Virus record (IMG/VR): IMGVR_UViG_3300020578_000058
Location: 4,828 to 68,827 of that record
Length of the DNA stretch: 64,000 bases
Reading direction: 5' to 3' (one strand)
Origin: a virus
The notes under the pieces were generated by a model. It was not told the DNA's origin. It worked only from the letters and a program-made list of their open reading frames with translations, and ran no database searches. The first letter of the stretch is position 1; the number at the start of each line of letters is the position of its first letter. The position numbers and the translations under genes were made by a program. Shown piece after piece: positions 36,258-45,157 of this stretch.

Positions 36258-38284
36258 AGGACGCGGCGAGCGCCGTGCCGGGCATTTCTACGGTTGTCTC
36301 GGACAAGTCGAAACTCAACCTGCCCACCGACATTGACCGGGAGAAGGAGAGTGTTCTGCCCCCCGGCTCCGCACACCCCGGCAGCGGCGGGCGGGACATT
36401 CGACAGCGGTTTGAGTTCAACACCCCTGACAACGACATTGACAAGCGCCCTCGCACCAAGGGGGTGGAGGGGGACCAGTACGGCAACCCGTCAAAGGACG
36501 ATACAGCGGGCGTCACGCGGCGCACCATGACGGCGTTTCTGACCAAGACCGCCTTCATGGAGATGGTCGCTCGGGTGGTCGAAGCCTACCAGCGGCGGCG
36601 TGTTCGCACGCGCAAGCAGCGGGGGCGTGCCCGCACCAAGTCGCGGCAGTACTATCAGCGGAACCGCACGAAAATCAAGATGCGGAGCCGCGCTTGGCGC
36701 AGGCGGAACAAGAACAACGCGCAGCACAAGGCGAATGTCCGGCACTACCGGAAGCACCCGAGTATGCACCGCCGTCTTGCGTGGCAGACCACGACGACAC
36801 AGCCGACCTTCCAGCACAAGCAGAACCCGCAGAAGAAGCGCAAGGACAACCGCGCGTACAAGGCGCAGCGCAGCCTCAAAAACAAGAAAGCCCTCATTCG
36901 CTACCACAAGTTCTGCAAGCACAACTCCATGTGCTTGCGGCAGCGGGAGCAGCAGCGGGAGCACCCCAAGCGGTTCAAGCGCAGGCCCTTCCGCACCGAG
37001 GAGCAAGTGAAGAAGGACCGGCGGGAGCGTGAGCAGGCGCAGCGGGACAAGCAGGCGCAGTTCGACACGGGCGGGTCGCTCTTGGTCGGGCAGAGTGTCG
37101 GCTTCTCGCTCGCCCCGAGCATGGACGCTGCGTATGTGAACAACATCAACCCCGAGACGGGCGAGGTGACTTTCACTTACGAGGTGGAGGACGCCACCGA
37201 AGTCCCCGAGCAGGGCACGCTGCCTTTGCCCGTGTTCTTGGAAGCGGCGGTGTTCTACGACGACGAGGGCGAGGACGCCTTCTTCGACCTCATTGACACC
37301 ACGCTCGGGGTGGAAGCCTACGAGGAGTTGGACGAGGCGACCGTGCAGGCGTGCGCGGTGCTATTTGACCACGACCCTGACGCCCCTGACTTCCAAGCCC
37401 GGTGTCGCCGCCTGCTCGACGGAGGAGAACTTGCCAAAGCGGACCCCGGTGAACTCCGCAGCGTGCTCGACCTCGTGGTTCGTGCCCCCGAGGGCGAGGA
37501 CATTCTCGACGCTGTGACGCGGGTGGCCCGTCGCAAGTTGGCGGGTGACCTCATCCTTTACGACAAGGAGAACCCGAAGCAGGAGACAGACCAACCGGGA
37601 GCCAACACGCAGTATTCGGCTGTGGGGCCGGGGACTTATCAGCGCAAGCCTGACGAGAAGGAGGGCTTGCCAAGTGGTAGTCAGATGCCTGACAACCACA
37701 CGGACAATGTTCCCGCAGGTTCGTCCCGCGTCGTGCCCAACGGGCAAGGGCAAATGTGGTCGGGGGACGCGACCTACATGCAGGCGTCCCTTGGCTCCGG
37801 TGCGCGCCACAAGGTCGCCGTGACCATTGCAGAACTGCTCTCGGCAACCGACCCCGCCGTGGTGGTTCGTGGCAAGGGCATTGTGCCCAAGTTGAAGCGG
37901 GCGCGGCCTGACAAGGGATTTTGGGCGTTCACGGTTTCCGGTAGCAAGGGTGCTACCTACACCGTGAAGGTCAAGGCTGTCGTGAAGGGCGCAACCAAGT
38001 ACATTGAGAAGGGGCAGGTGCAGGTGTCCTGCACCTGCGAGTTCTTCCGGTGGCAAGGCCCCGAGCATTGGGCCAAGGTTCAGAAGTACCTGTACGGGAA
38101 GCCCGTGGGCACGGCAAGCAAGCCCTCGGTCAAAGACCCCGACGCCCGCAACCGGATTTGTAAGCATGTCGCAGGAGTGCTCTCCTTCGCACGCAAGAAC
38201 AAGTACCGGGTGGCTTCGGAGAATCACCTTCCGGCATGGGTGCTCGACACCGAGTGGGTTCCCGTCCTCGACGCGGGGGGGTAG
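36254..38284 (+). CDS. Multidomain protein: extremely basic segment, acidic segment, C-terminal SWIM-like zinc finger
   Basis: R/K-rich stretch at ~36590-37060 and VSCTCEFFRWQG...ICKHV. GTGA overlap with the upstream stop. Confidence 0.7.
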   Translation: MKDAASAVPGISTVVSDKSKLNLPTDIDREKESVLPPGSAHPGSGGRDIRQRFEFNTPDNDIDKRPRTKGVEGDQYGNPSKDDTAGVTRRTMTAFLTKTAFMEMVARVVEAYQRRRVRTRKQRGRARTKSRQYYQRNRTKIKMRSRAWRRRNKNNAQHKANVRHYRKHPSMHRRLAWQTTTTQPTFQHKQNPQKKRKDNRAYKAQRSLKNKKALIRYHKFCKHNSMCLRQREQQREHPKRFKRRPFRTEEQVKKDRREREQAQRDKQAQFDTGGSLLVGQSVGFSLAPSMDAAYVNNINPETGEVTFTYEVEDATEVPEQGTLPLPVFLEAAVFYDDEGEDAFFDLIDTTLGVEAYEELDEATVQACAVLFDHDPDAPDFQARCRRLLDGGELAKADPGELRSVLDLVVRAPEGEDILDAVTRVARRKLAGDLILYDKENPKQETDQPGANTQYSAVGPGTYQRKPDEKEGLPSGSQMPDNHTDNVPAGSSRVVPNGQGQMWSGDATYMQASLGSGARHKVAVTIAELLSATDPAVVVRGKGIVPKLKRARPDKGFWAFTVSGSKGATYTVKVKAVVKGATKYIEKGQVQVSCTCEFFRWQGPEHWAKVQKYLYGKPVGTASKPSVKDPDARNRICKHVAGVLSFARKNKYRVASENHLPAWVLDTEWVPVLDAGG

Positions 38285-38457
38285 CACCCCTCTTTACGGG
38301 TAGGGGTGGGCCATGCTCACCTTCCTGTCCGGCTTCGCCTGTGGGGCCATCTCTACGGCAGCGTTTGTCGTCGTGCTTTGCTTCGCGCTCGACCGGGCGG
38401 TGCAGCCTCCGAACGGCGGGTAGCGTCCACCCGTCAACAAACGGAGTTCTATTCCCC

Positions 38458-38844
38458 ATGCCCATCTACGGCTACAACTGCCCCGCGTGCGGGCACCAGT
38501 TCGACCGCAGGCTCCCCATCGCGCAATACGACGAGCCGCAGTCGTGCCCCGAGTGCGGAGCCCAAGCCAAGAAGCAAGTTTCCTTGCCCATGTTCAACCT
38601 CGTCGGAGATGACTGGCCGGGCAAAGCCAACCGCATCAACTCTCAAATGGCCGAGAAGAACAAGCGGCTCTCGGCCCGTCAGGCGGCGAACCACGGCGCA
38701 CCGGCACGCCTCGTTCCCAATGTGGAAGGCGAGCGCACCGAGTCGTGGTCCGACGCTGCGAAGTTGGCGAAGGACAAGGGCAAGGACGCGAGCGGCTACG
38801 AGCGCATGGCCGCAACGGAGAAGGTCAAGCCTTCGACCTCGTGA
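38458..38844 (+). CDS. FmdB-family zinc-ribbon protein
   Basis: MPIYGYNCPACGHQF...CPECG; GGAG RBS. Confidence 0.8.
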   Translation: MPIYGYNCPACGHQFDRRLPIAQYDEPQSCPECGAQAKKQVSLPMFNLVGDDWPGKANRINSQMAEKNKRLSARQAANHGAPARLVPNVEGERTESWSDAAKLAKDKGKDASGYERMAATEKVKPSTS

Positions 38845-38894
38845 GGTGCGTTAGGCTATCTATCCGCCGCGAGGGGGCACGGAGGTAGCCCCGC

Positions 38895-39602
38895 GTGGAA
38901 CCCTGTCCCCTGCTCATTGAGCGCAAACCGGGAGTGGTGAGCCTTGCCGTCCGCACGACGGCGGGTGTGCAGTCCTACTCCTTTGGGGCGGCGTTGTCCC
39001 TCGACGCGGCCTTCTCGGGCGTTACCGCCATGTTTGAGGTGCCTGCGAATGGCTCTTTCTCGTCGCCCACCCTCCGCAAGTCACGGGTGAACGCGGTGCA
39101 GGAGAGCAACCGGGGGCTGACCCGCGTGCAGTTCGCCCCGGTGGACTACGCCTCGGCCACTATCCCCGGCGACACCTACACGACCTTCTTGCGGGTGCGA
39201 GAGCGGAACTCTGCGGGCACGCTGCTCGCGGCAGGCCCCATTCTTGTGGTGCCTCCCGGCGACTTCTTCTGGACGAACCGGCGCAGCCTCGTGCTCAATG
39301 GCACAGCACCGGACGTGTCGGGCGCGGGCGCGAACAACTACCCGCCGCCGGGGGCCATGCGGTTCGTGCTGCCACAGTTCGCGGACCAACTGCAAATCAT
39401 GAACACGGGCGCAGTCAACACCCTGTATGTGTCCTTCGGTCAGGGGTTGCAGGAAACGCCCATTCCACCTACGGGTGCGGGCGCCCCCGTGGTTTCGGTC
39501 CCGTTTTGGCAAGCCGGTGCTTCGGAACTGTTCGTGCGAGCCCAAGGTGGCACCACCCCGTTCACCGTCATTGCGGCGGTCGTGAATGGCCTGCACGCTT
39601 GA
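38895..39602 (+). CDS. Hypothetical virion protein
   Basis: GGAGG RBS, beta-rich, preceded by a late-promoter-like motif. Confidence 0.6.
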   Translation: MEPCPLLIERKPGVVSLAVRTTAGVQSYSFGAALSLDAAFSGVTAMFEVPANGSFSSPTLRKSRVNAVQESNRGLTRVQFAPVDYASATIPGDTYTTFLRVRERNSAGTLLAAGPILVVPPGDFFWTNRRSLVLNGTAPDVSGAGANNYPPPGAMRFVLPQFADQLQIMNTGAVNTLYVSFGQGLQETPIPPTGAGAPVVSVPFWQAGASELFVRAQGGTTPFTVIAAVVNGLHA

Positions 39603-39682
39603 CCTCCCCTCCCGGTAGTCCGTCAATACAGGGCCGCTTGTAGGAAGCCTCCCCTCACCCTTCTTCTTCGGAGAACACCCCC

Positions 39683-40330
39683 ATGCCGTTCATTGCCATG
39701 CGCCGCACGGACATCCCCAACGGTGTCCTGCAAGTCCTCGACCTCGTTCCGAACACCTCCCTTCGGAACCAAATCTACGACCCCATCGGTCAGACCAAGT
39801 ACATCAACCGCTTCTCCACGGACACGGTTGCGGCCCTGTCCGCGAACGCGACGGTTGCCGAGTACTCGGGCCTCGCCGCCTACCTGCTCGACCATGTGAC
39901 GGACGCCGGAACCGCCGTGACCATCACCGTCACCGTGGCGAACGCGACGGCGGTTGCTATCGAGGCACTTCTCGACGCGGGTAGCGCGGTCACCGTCGCG
40001 GCGGTGAACGCGGCCCTTATCGCGGCGGGCGCGGGCGCGGGCACGGGGCTGGCGACGGCTCCCTCTGACGGTGCCATTGCCGACATCCTGCAAATCCTCG
40101 CGGGTGGGCAGTATGTTCTTCCGGCAGGCAGCGTGGTCGGCAACGAGGCCGCTCCTGCGGGCCTCGGCTCCTTCACGAGTGGTGTCTACCTCTCGACCTA
40201 CGACACGGGCGCGTTCCAAATCTCCCTCGGGAGCGGGCAACTCTCCGTGTTCACCTCGTCCGCGTTCGACTACCTCGGCACGACCGGCGCGGCCCTCGCC
40301 GTCTACAACGACGACGGCACGCTCGCCTAA
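39683..40330 (+). CDS. Putative virion structural protein
   Basis: GGAG RBS, Ala/Gly/Thr-rich, followed by hairpins. Confidence 0.65.
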   Translation: MPFIAMRRTDIPNGVLQVLDLVPNTSLRNQIYDPIGQTKYINRFSTDTVAALSANATVAEYSGLAAYLLDHVTDAGTAVTITVTVANATAVAIEALLDAGSAVTVAAVNAALIAAGAGAGTGLATAPSDGAIADILQILAGGQYVLPAGSVVGNEAAPAGLGSFTSGVYLSTYDTGAFQISLGSGQLSVFTSSAFDYLGTTGAALAVYNDDGTLA

Positions 40331-40435
40331 CCAGCGAGCCTCCCCGCTTGGGGTTGAGGGGCTTCCTCGGGCCTCGGCGGGTAGCGTGAAGCGACCCGCC
40401 GAGGCCCGACTTCTTTACCAAGGTGCCCGCACTTC

Positions 40436-40696
40436 ATGGAACCCATGTACCGCACAACCGACCTCTACTACGCCGCCTACTTGAAAGTGGCGGGCGTGTC
40501 CTTTCAAGGGACCGAGCGCGAGGGCGGGCGCGTGTTCTTCTTGTTTGACGACCAAGGCCCGCTCGTCATGCGCGACTTGCGGAACGCCTACTTCACCGAC
40601 ACGGCGAAAGTCGCCCCGCTCATGTTCGTGCAAGCCATCAAGACCATGAAGGCGCTGACCTTCAATGACCGTGGCGAACGGCCCCCTTCTACTTGA
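40436..40696 (+). CDS. Small DUF5659-like protein
   Basis: YRTTDLYYAAYL...GRVFFLF pattern. Confidence 0.55.
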   Translation: MEPMYRTTDLYYAAYLKVAGVSFQGTEREGGRVFFLFDDQGPLVMRDLRNAYFTDTAKVAPLMFVQAIKTMKALTFNDRGERPPST

Positions 40697-40730
40697 CCCG
40701 CCCTCTACTTGACCCGCCCTACTTGACCCG
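40689..40730 (+). repeat. Three direct copies of CTACTTGACCCG
   Basis: Copies start at 40689, 40705 and 40719. Confidence 0.9.
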
Positions 40731-40742
40731 AAGGAGCACTCC

Positions 40743-41639
40743 ATGAGCGTCGTCTACCAACAGGGGCAGGTGCTTGGGCGTGGGGACTTGGACATCTACC
40801 TCACGAACTCGGCGGGCAACCCCGCGAACGCCTACACCATCACCTACGCCGTCTACTATGTGGACCCGACCTCGTGTGTAGAGGTTCTCATTGGGCCACC
40901 TGACCGGACGCCCGTGAACCCGGCGGTGGGTGAATACTACGCAGCCCTGCAAGTTCCTGCGGGAGCCGCACCGGGGACATACCGTATTCGGTGGTTGTTC
41001 CAAGAGACGGCGGCCACTCCGCAAGCAGGAGCGGTGCAGGAGTTCGGTGTCGTTTCTTCGCAGGTGCAGACGAGCACGAACACCATGACAGGCTGCATGG
41101 CTGACCTCGTGCGGAAGATGCGGGTCATGACCCGCGACAACAACCCCGACCGCAACTACCGCTTCCGACCCCCCGAGGGTGAGGGCACCATCGGGTGCTA
41201 CAACCAAGTGTTCGGCTATGTGTGGACGGACGAGGAGTTCGCAGACTACCTCACCATCGCTCTCGACAAGTGGAACCTCCACCCGCCCGAGACGGAAGAA
41301 CTGCGGACGGTGGACATGGTGTGCTCGCAGAAGCCCGCGTGGCGTGCGGCTCTCCTGTGGGGGGCCTTGGTGAACGCCGCACAGGCGCTTGCTTACAACT
41401 GGACTGTGAACGAGTTCTCGTATTCCATTGGCGGCATCTCCCTCGACATTCAGCGCACCTCGTCCTACATGGACTTGAAGCGAAATGCCGAGGAACAATG
41501 GGACAAAATGACGGAAGCCAAGGCACGCACGACAAAGTTCTTGCGCGGCTTGCAGCAGCCCCGCTTCGGACGCGGCGTGCGTAGTGCCTTCGGCCCTTAT
41601 GTCGGAAAGGGGGTTTTGTCGCCCCGTAACTTCGTGTAG
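40743..41639 (+). CDS. Head-tail adaptor/neck protein with N-terminal Ig-like domain
   Basis: AAGGAG RBS. LVRKMRVMTRD...WTDEEFADYL...FSYSIGGISLDI resembles head-completion (gp15/gp6-like) proteins. Confidence 0.6.
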   Translation: MSVVYQQGQVLGRGDLDIYLTNSAGNPANAYTITYAVYYVDPTSCVEVLIGPPDRTPVNPAVGEYYAALQVPAGAAPGTYRIRWLFQETAATPQAGAVQEFGVVSSQVQTSTNTMTGCMADLVRKMRVMTRDNNPDRNYRFRPPEGEGTIGCYNQVFGYVWTDEEFADYLTIALDKWNLHPPETEELRTVDMVCSQKPAWRAALLWGALVNAAQALAYNWTVNEFSYSIGGISLDIQRTSSYMDLKRNAEEQWDKMTEAKARTTKFLRGLQQPRFGRGVRSAFGPYVGKGVLSPRNFV

Positions 41640-41761
41640 TTTTTTAGCCTCTACATCGGGAACGGGGTATGGGTTGTTGGAGGCTCTCCGACATGCCGAC
41701 CACCTGTCCCAACTGCTCTCGTGAGTTCAAGGGTTCTCGGGTAGACGGATAGAGGCAGACC

Positions 41762-42118
41762 GTGGCGACAGGAACCGCAACCAAAGAACTCCGCAAGGTC
41801 GTCCGTGAGGCAAAGGCCCACGGCGTACCTGTCCTCGTGGACTTTTGGGCTCCGTGGTGCGGGCCGTGTCGTGCGCTCGCCCCCCACTTGGAAGTTCTTG
41901 CCCGCGAGCACGGTGACCGGCTTCTCATCTTGAAGGTGGACATTGAAGCCCACCCCGATGCCGCCACCACCTACGAGGTGCGGGCACTCCCGACGCTCGT
42001 GTTGTTCCGCGACGGGAAGGAGGCCAAGCGCCATGTCGGGGCTGCGAACCTCGCACTCCTGCAAGACCTCGTGGCCCCTCCCGCTCCTACCCCCCCTGCT
42101 CCTACCCCCGCATCGTAG
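41762..42118 (+). CDS. trxA: Thioredoxin
   Basis: PVLVDFWAPWCGPC...KVDIE...VRALPTLVLFRDGK. Confidence 0.93.
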   Translation: MATGTATKELRKVVREAKAHGVPVLVDFWAPWCGPCRALAPHLEVLAREHGDRLLILKVDIEAHPDAATTYEVRALPTLVLFRDGKEAKRHVGAANLALLQDLVAPPAPTPPAPTPAS

Positions 42119-42596
42119 CGGTAGGGGGGGTGGTGACCCGCGTGACGCGGGCGAACCCCTCGCGCACATGGGGCGGGAAGCGGCTCAACTTGTCGGCCAT
42201 GCCTCGCACCGTCTCCTCGGGCACCTGTCTGTCGGGCGTGCGGGCCGCGTTGCGGGCCAAGCACACCGCGAGCGGGGTGTCGAGCCACACAACCTCGACG
42301 GGCTTGTTCATGCTGCGGGCGAGCGTGACGAACTCGGCCCGCGCCTTGTCTCCGCAGAGGGTCGCGTCGAAGTACACCGCGCCCTGCTCCCCGTGGGAGC
42401 CGAGCCAAGTGCTCTTGCCCGCGCCGGGGATGCCGACCATGAGCACGAGCCGCTCGGCGTCGGGCAGCACCGCCCGAAGGTGTGCGCGGGCCATGTCCCA
42501 CGCGCGGGCCACGCGGGGGACAGACCACTCGTACTGCCCCGCCTCGTTCACGAGGTGGGCGTCGGGGGACACGACGGTGACGGGGGATTTGCCCAT
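42102..42596 (-). CDS. P-loop kinase (polynucleotide-kinase/AAA_33-like)
   Basis: LMVGIPGAGKSTW, YFDAT, LDTPLAVCLARNAAR...VPEE. Confidence 0.8.
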   Translation of the reverse strand: MGKSPVTVVSPDAHLVNEAGQYEWSVPRVARAWDMARAHLRAVLPDAERLVLMVGIPGAGKSTWLGSHGEQGAVYFDATLCGDKARAEFVTLARSMNKPVEVVWLDTPLAVCLARNAARTPDRQVPEETVRGMADKLSRFPPHVREGFARVTRVTTPPTATMRG

Positions 42597-42600
42597 ACTC

Positions 42601-42634
42601 GGAGTACGCACGAACACCTCTCCGCGAAAGCCTC
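42601..42634 (-). promoter_or_regulatory. Conserved phage promoter-like motif, copy 3
   Basis: Minus strand reads GAGGC TTTCGC-N17-TACTCC, four bases before the ATG. Confidence 0.65.
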
Positions 42635-42639
42635 TTGGT

Positions 42640-42816
42640 TCATCCACGCCCTGTTCCGGCTTCGTGTTCGGGAACGGTGAGGTCGTGAACCCTGTCGGAC
42701 CAGCGGCGCAGCCCGACTTGGAACAGAAGTTCTGAAAGCGGGTGCGCCACGAGGTTGTGCAGCGACCACTGGAACCGCTCGGGCAACTTGCCGAGCAAGT
42801 GGGGCAAGCGGTTCAC
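42640..42816 (-). CDS. Small hypothetical protein, 58 aa (not in ORF track)
   Basis: Translated by hand: MNRLPHLLGKLPERFQWSLHNLVAHPLSELLFQVGLRRWSDRVHDLTVPEHEAGTGRG*. GTGA overlap with the upstream gene. Confidence 0.6.
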   Translation of the reverse strand: MNRLPHLLGKLPERFQWSLHNLVAHPLSELLFQVGLRRWSDRVHDLTVPEHEAGTGRG

Positions 42817-43220
42817 GGCTCGTCCTGCTCTTGGCGACGGGGTGACAAGTGCTCACGGGACTTCATGGCGTCCACGAACGCGCACCACATAGCCCGAGCC
42901 GCAGCCTCGACCGTGGGCAGCACCTCCTCAACCTCCTCGCGCTTTATCGAGTAGATGGTGGCTCGGAGCCAACGCCCGTCACCCGCCTCGCCCCCCACAT
43001 CGAACTCCACCGACCCGTCGAACTTGTCTCCCGTCGAAGGGTGTCGAAAGTCCGCGTAGGCGTTCACATGCACGCTCGGCGGCTTGTCGTTGCACGCGCA
43101 GTCGGGTGCGCCCACGAGCCGTGCCATGCCAAAGCAGCGCGTTCCTTCGGGCTTGGTGCGGTCGGTGTACTCCTTCCCCCCGAGCCGGATGAGCAGGTCA
43201 CAGGTTTCCTCGTGGGTCAT
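42813..43220 (-). CDS. Hypothetical protein
   Basis: MTHEETCDLL..., GAGGA RBS, ATGA-coupled to the upstream mini-ORF. Confidence 0.6.
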   Translation of the reverse strand: MTHEETCDLLIRLGGKEYTDRTKPEGTRCFGMARLVGAPDCACNDKPPSVHVNAYADFRHPSTGDKFDGSVEFDVGGEAGDGRWLRATIYSIKREEVEEVLPTVEAAARAMWCAFVDAMKSREHLSPRRQEQDEP

Positions 43221-43375
43221 GTCATCCTCATGGTTCGCCGCAGGTACTCCACGGCCTGTTGCACACGCTCGTCGTCGGGCAATGCCTCGGAGGTCTGTTC
43301 GACCGCGAGGATGCAGTCGTAGAGGCGCACGCCTGTCAAGGCGCGAACCCGCACGGCGAGCGTCCGTGTTCTCAT
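43217..43375 (-). CDS. 52-aa protein resembling the EF-Ts N-terminal (UBA-like) domain (not in ORF track)
   Basis: AAGGAGG RBS; MRTRTLAVRVRALTGVRLYDCILAVEQTSEALPDDERVQQAVEYLRRTMRMT*. Confidence 0.55.
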   Translation of the reverse strand: MRTRTLAVRVRALTGVRLYDCILAVEQTSEALPDDERVQQAVEYLRRTMRMT

Positions 43376-43396
43376 GCCTCCTTCTTACGCGGGCGG

Positions 43397-43903
43397 TCAA
43401 GACCACGACACCCCCCAGCCCTGTTGGGCGCAGGTGGAGAGCAAGTCCCGTACTTGCGATACGCAGCGCACCACTCGCTCGTCCTCCACGGCCCCCATGA
43501 ACACGCGCGGCCCCGTGGTGATAGCCGGAAGCCCGTCCTCACACACTCCCACGCGCACGGTGCGGGGGGCTTCGCCTCCTTCGGAGAGGTGGGGGACGCG
43601 CACACCCTCCTTTCCGAGCACGACCATGCACCGCTGCAAGAGGAACGGCAGGGCAGCGTGCTCAATGGAGCCGACCAACCCGTGCTCGCTCTCGCCCTCA
43701 ATGGCAAGGAGGTCGAACACCACCCGCGCCATAGCGTTGGTCATGTCCACGGGCGGCACGGCGTACTCGTCCGCCCACTCCTGCCCGTCCTCGCAGTAGC
43801 CGCACCGCTCCTCTGCGGTGCAGGTCAGCCCCATGCTCGGGGACGAGCATGGGCGGCGCACCGACTCGCACGGTGCGCCGGTCGCGGCGAAGGTGACGCT
43901 CAC
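43397..43903 (-). CDS. Hypothetical protein (Cys cluster)
   Basis: GGAGG RBS before the GTG at 43903, overlapping the upstream stop. Confidence 0.55.
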   Translation of the reverse strand: MSVTFAATGAPCESVRRPCSSPSMGLTCTAEERCGYCEDGQEWADEYAVPPVDMTNAMARVVFDLLAIEGESEHGLVGSIEHAALPFLLQRCMVVLGKEGVRVPHLSEGGEAPRTVRVGVCEDGLPAITTGPRVFMGAVEDERVVRCVSQVRDLLSTCAQQGWGVSWS

Positions 43904-44223
43904 GCGCCCTCCACGCGGGCGCGGGCGGCGGCGAAGCCCGCCGCAATTTCGATGCGGGTGGGAGCGAACTCCACCCCGCAGTCTTCCCACCGCTCCGCGA
44001 TCAAGGACGCCGCAGCGTCCATCACCTCGTCGGAGGTGTTGCCGAGTGCTCGGGCCACACCACCGTTGTTGAAGTGGCCGAAAATGGCCTCCCCCACCGT
44101 CTCGTTGCTAAACTGGGACCACCCGCCGAAGGCGGTGGCGAGCGCGTCGAGGACGAGGCCCGCCGCCTCGGTGGCGGCGGCGGTGGGGGCGGCGGTGAGG
44201 GCGACGGTGGCGGGGGTGGTCAT
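43900..44223 (-). CDS. Hypothetical protein
   Basis: GGAG before MTTPATV; first gene after promoter motif copy 4. Confidence 0.55.
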   Translation of the reverse strand: MTTPATVALTAAPTAAATEAAGLVLDALATAFGGWSQFSNETVGEAIFGHFNNGGVARALGNTSDEVMDAAASLIAERWEDCGVEFAPTRIEIAAGFAAARARVEGA

Positions 44224-44250
44224 TTGGGGCTCCATGTTGGGGTGACACAT

Positions 44251-44285
44251 GGGGTACGCTTGACCCGCTTATGGCGAAAGCCCCC
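44251..44285 (-). promoter_or_regulatory. Conserved phage promoter-like motif, copy 4
   Basis: Minus strand reads GGGGGC TTTCGC-N17-TACCCC. Confidence 0.7.
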
Positions 44286-44303
44286 ACGGGAGAGTTTTTC
44301 AGC

Positions 44304-44816
44304 GTGAACCCGAAGCACCTCGACCTTCGTATCCGTCAATGCCTCATTCTCGCGGAGGCAAGCAACTGCCCGCGCAGGAAGTTCGGGGCGTTACTCCTTG
44401 ACCCGCTCCGCAATGTCGTGCTCGCGGACGGCTACAACGGTGCGCCTCGGGGTGGCTCGCACCTGTGCGGCACCGACACCGTATGCGAGCGCGACCGGCT
44501 CGGAGTCGTGTCGGGGACACGCATGGAGGTCGGGTGCCACCATGCCGAAGCGAATGTCGTCTGCAACGCAGCGGCGAATGGCACACCTACTCGGGGGGCC
44601 GTGCTTGTGGTGACGGGCGAGCCGTGCCTCATGTGTGCCAAACTTCTTCACCACGCCGGGGTGTGTGAAGTCGTGGTCGTGCGGGGTGGCTACGCAGGCG
44701 GCACGGACGGCACCGACTACTTGGAGCGTCACGGGGTCAAGGTCACCTACCGTGAAGGCCCCCGCGACCCTCGGGCAAGTGGTCCCGGCGAGAGCGCGCC
44801 CTACGAAATGACTTGA
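44304..44816 (+). CDS. dCMP deaminase
   Basis: SNCPRRKFGA, GYNGAPRG, HAEAN and EPCLMC zinc-deaminase motifs. Confidence 0.92.
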   Translation: MNPKHLDLRIRQCLILAEASNCPRRKFGALLLDPLRNVVLADGYNGAPRGGSHLCGTDTVCERDRLGVVSGTRMEVGCHHAEANVVCNAAANGTPTRGAVLVVTGEPCLMCAKLLHHAGVCEVVVVRGGYAGGTDGTDYLERHGVKVTYREGPRDPRASGPGESAPYEMT

Positions 44817-44819
44817 CCC

Positions 44820-45038
44820 TCACCGCTTCAAGAACGAGGCGGCAGCGGTGAACCCCTTCGCGGAGACGCGCGGTGGGTTGGACTTCGTGAGCCAGCCCTT
44901 GTCGAGCGCGCACTTGACATACGGGCTGCTTGTGTCCGCATCGAAGTCGAGCGCCAAGCCCCGCACGCAGCGGTCGGCCCACACCACGAGCAGGCTGCGG
45001 GTGTACTCCTCCACGAAGTCAGACTCGGCTTGCGTCAT
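44820..45038 (-). CDS. Small hypothetical protein (possible winged-helix fragment)
   Basis: GAGGAG RBS on the minus strand; 72 aa. Confidence 0.6.
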   Translation of the reverse strand: MTQAESDFVEEYTRSLLVVWADRCVRGLALDFDADTSSPYVKCALDKGWLTKSNPPRVSAKGFTAAASFLKR

Positions 45039-45157
45039 GGGGTAGGCTCCTCAAAGGGCGGGCCGGTTCGTTGGCCGTTCTATACGGCACAGAGAGGTGG
45101 ACGCCCTCGATCCGCCCCCCCGGTTTCTCTACCCGTCCCTTCAAGGAGACTTCACCC

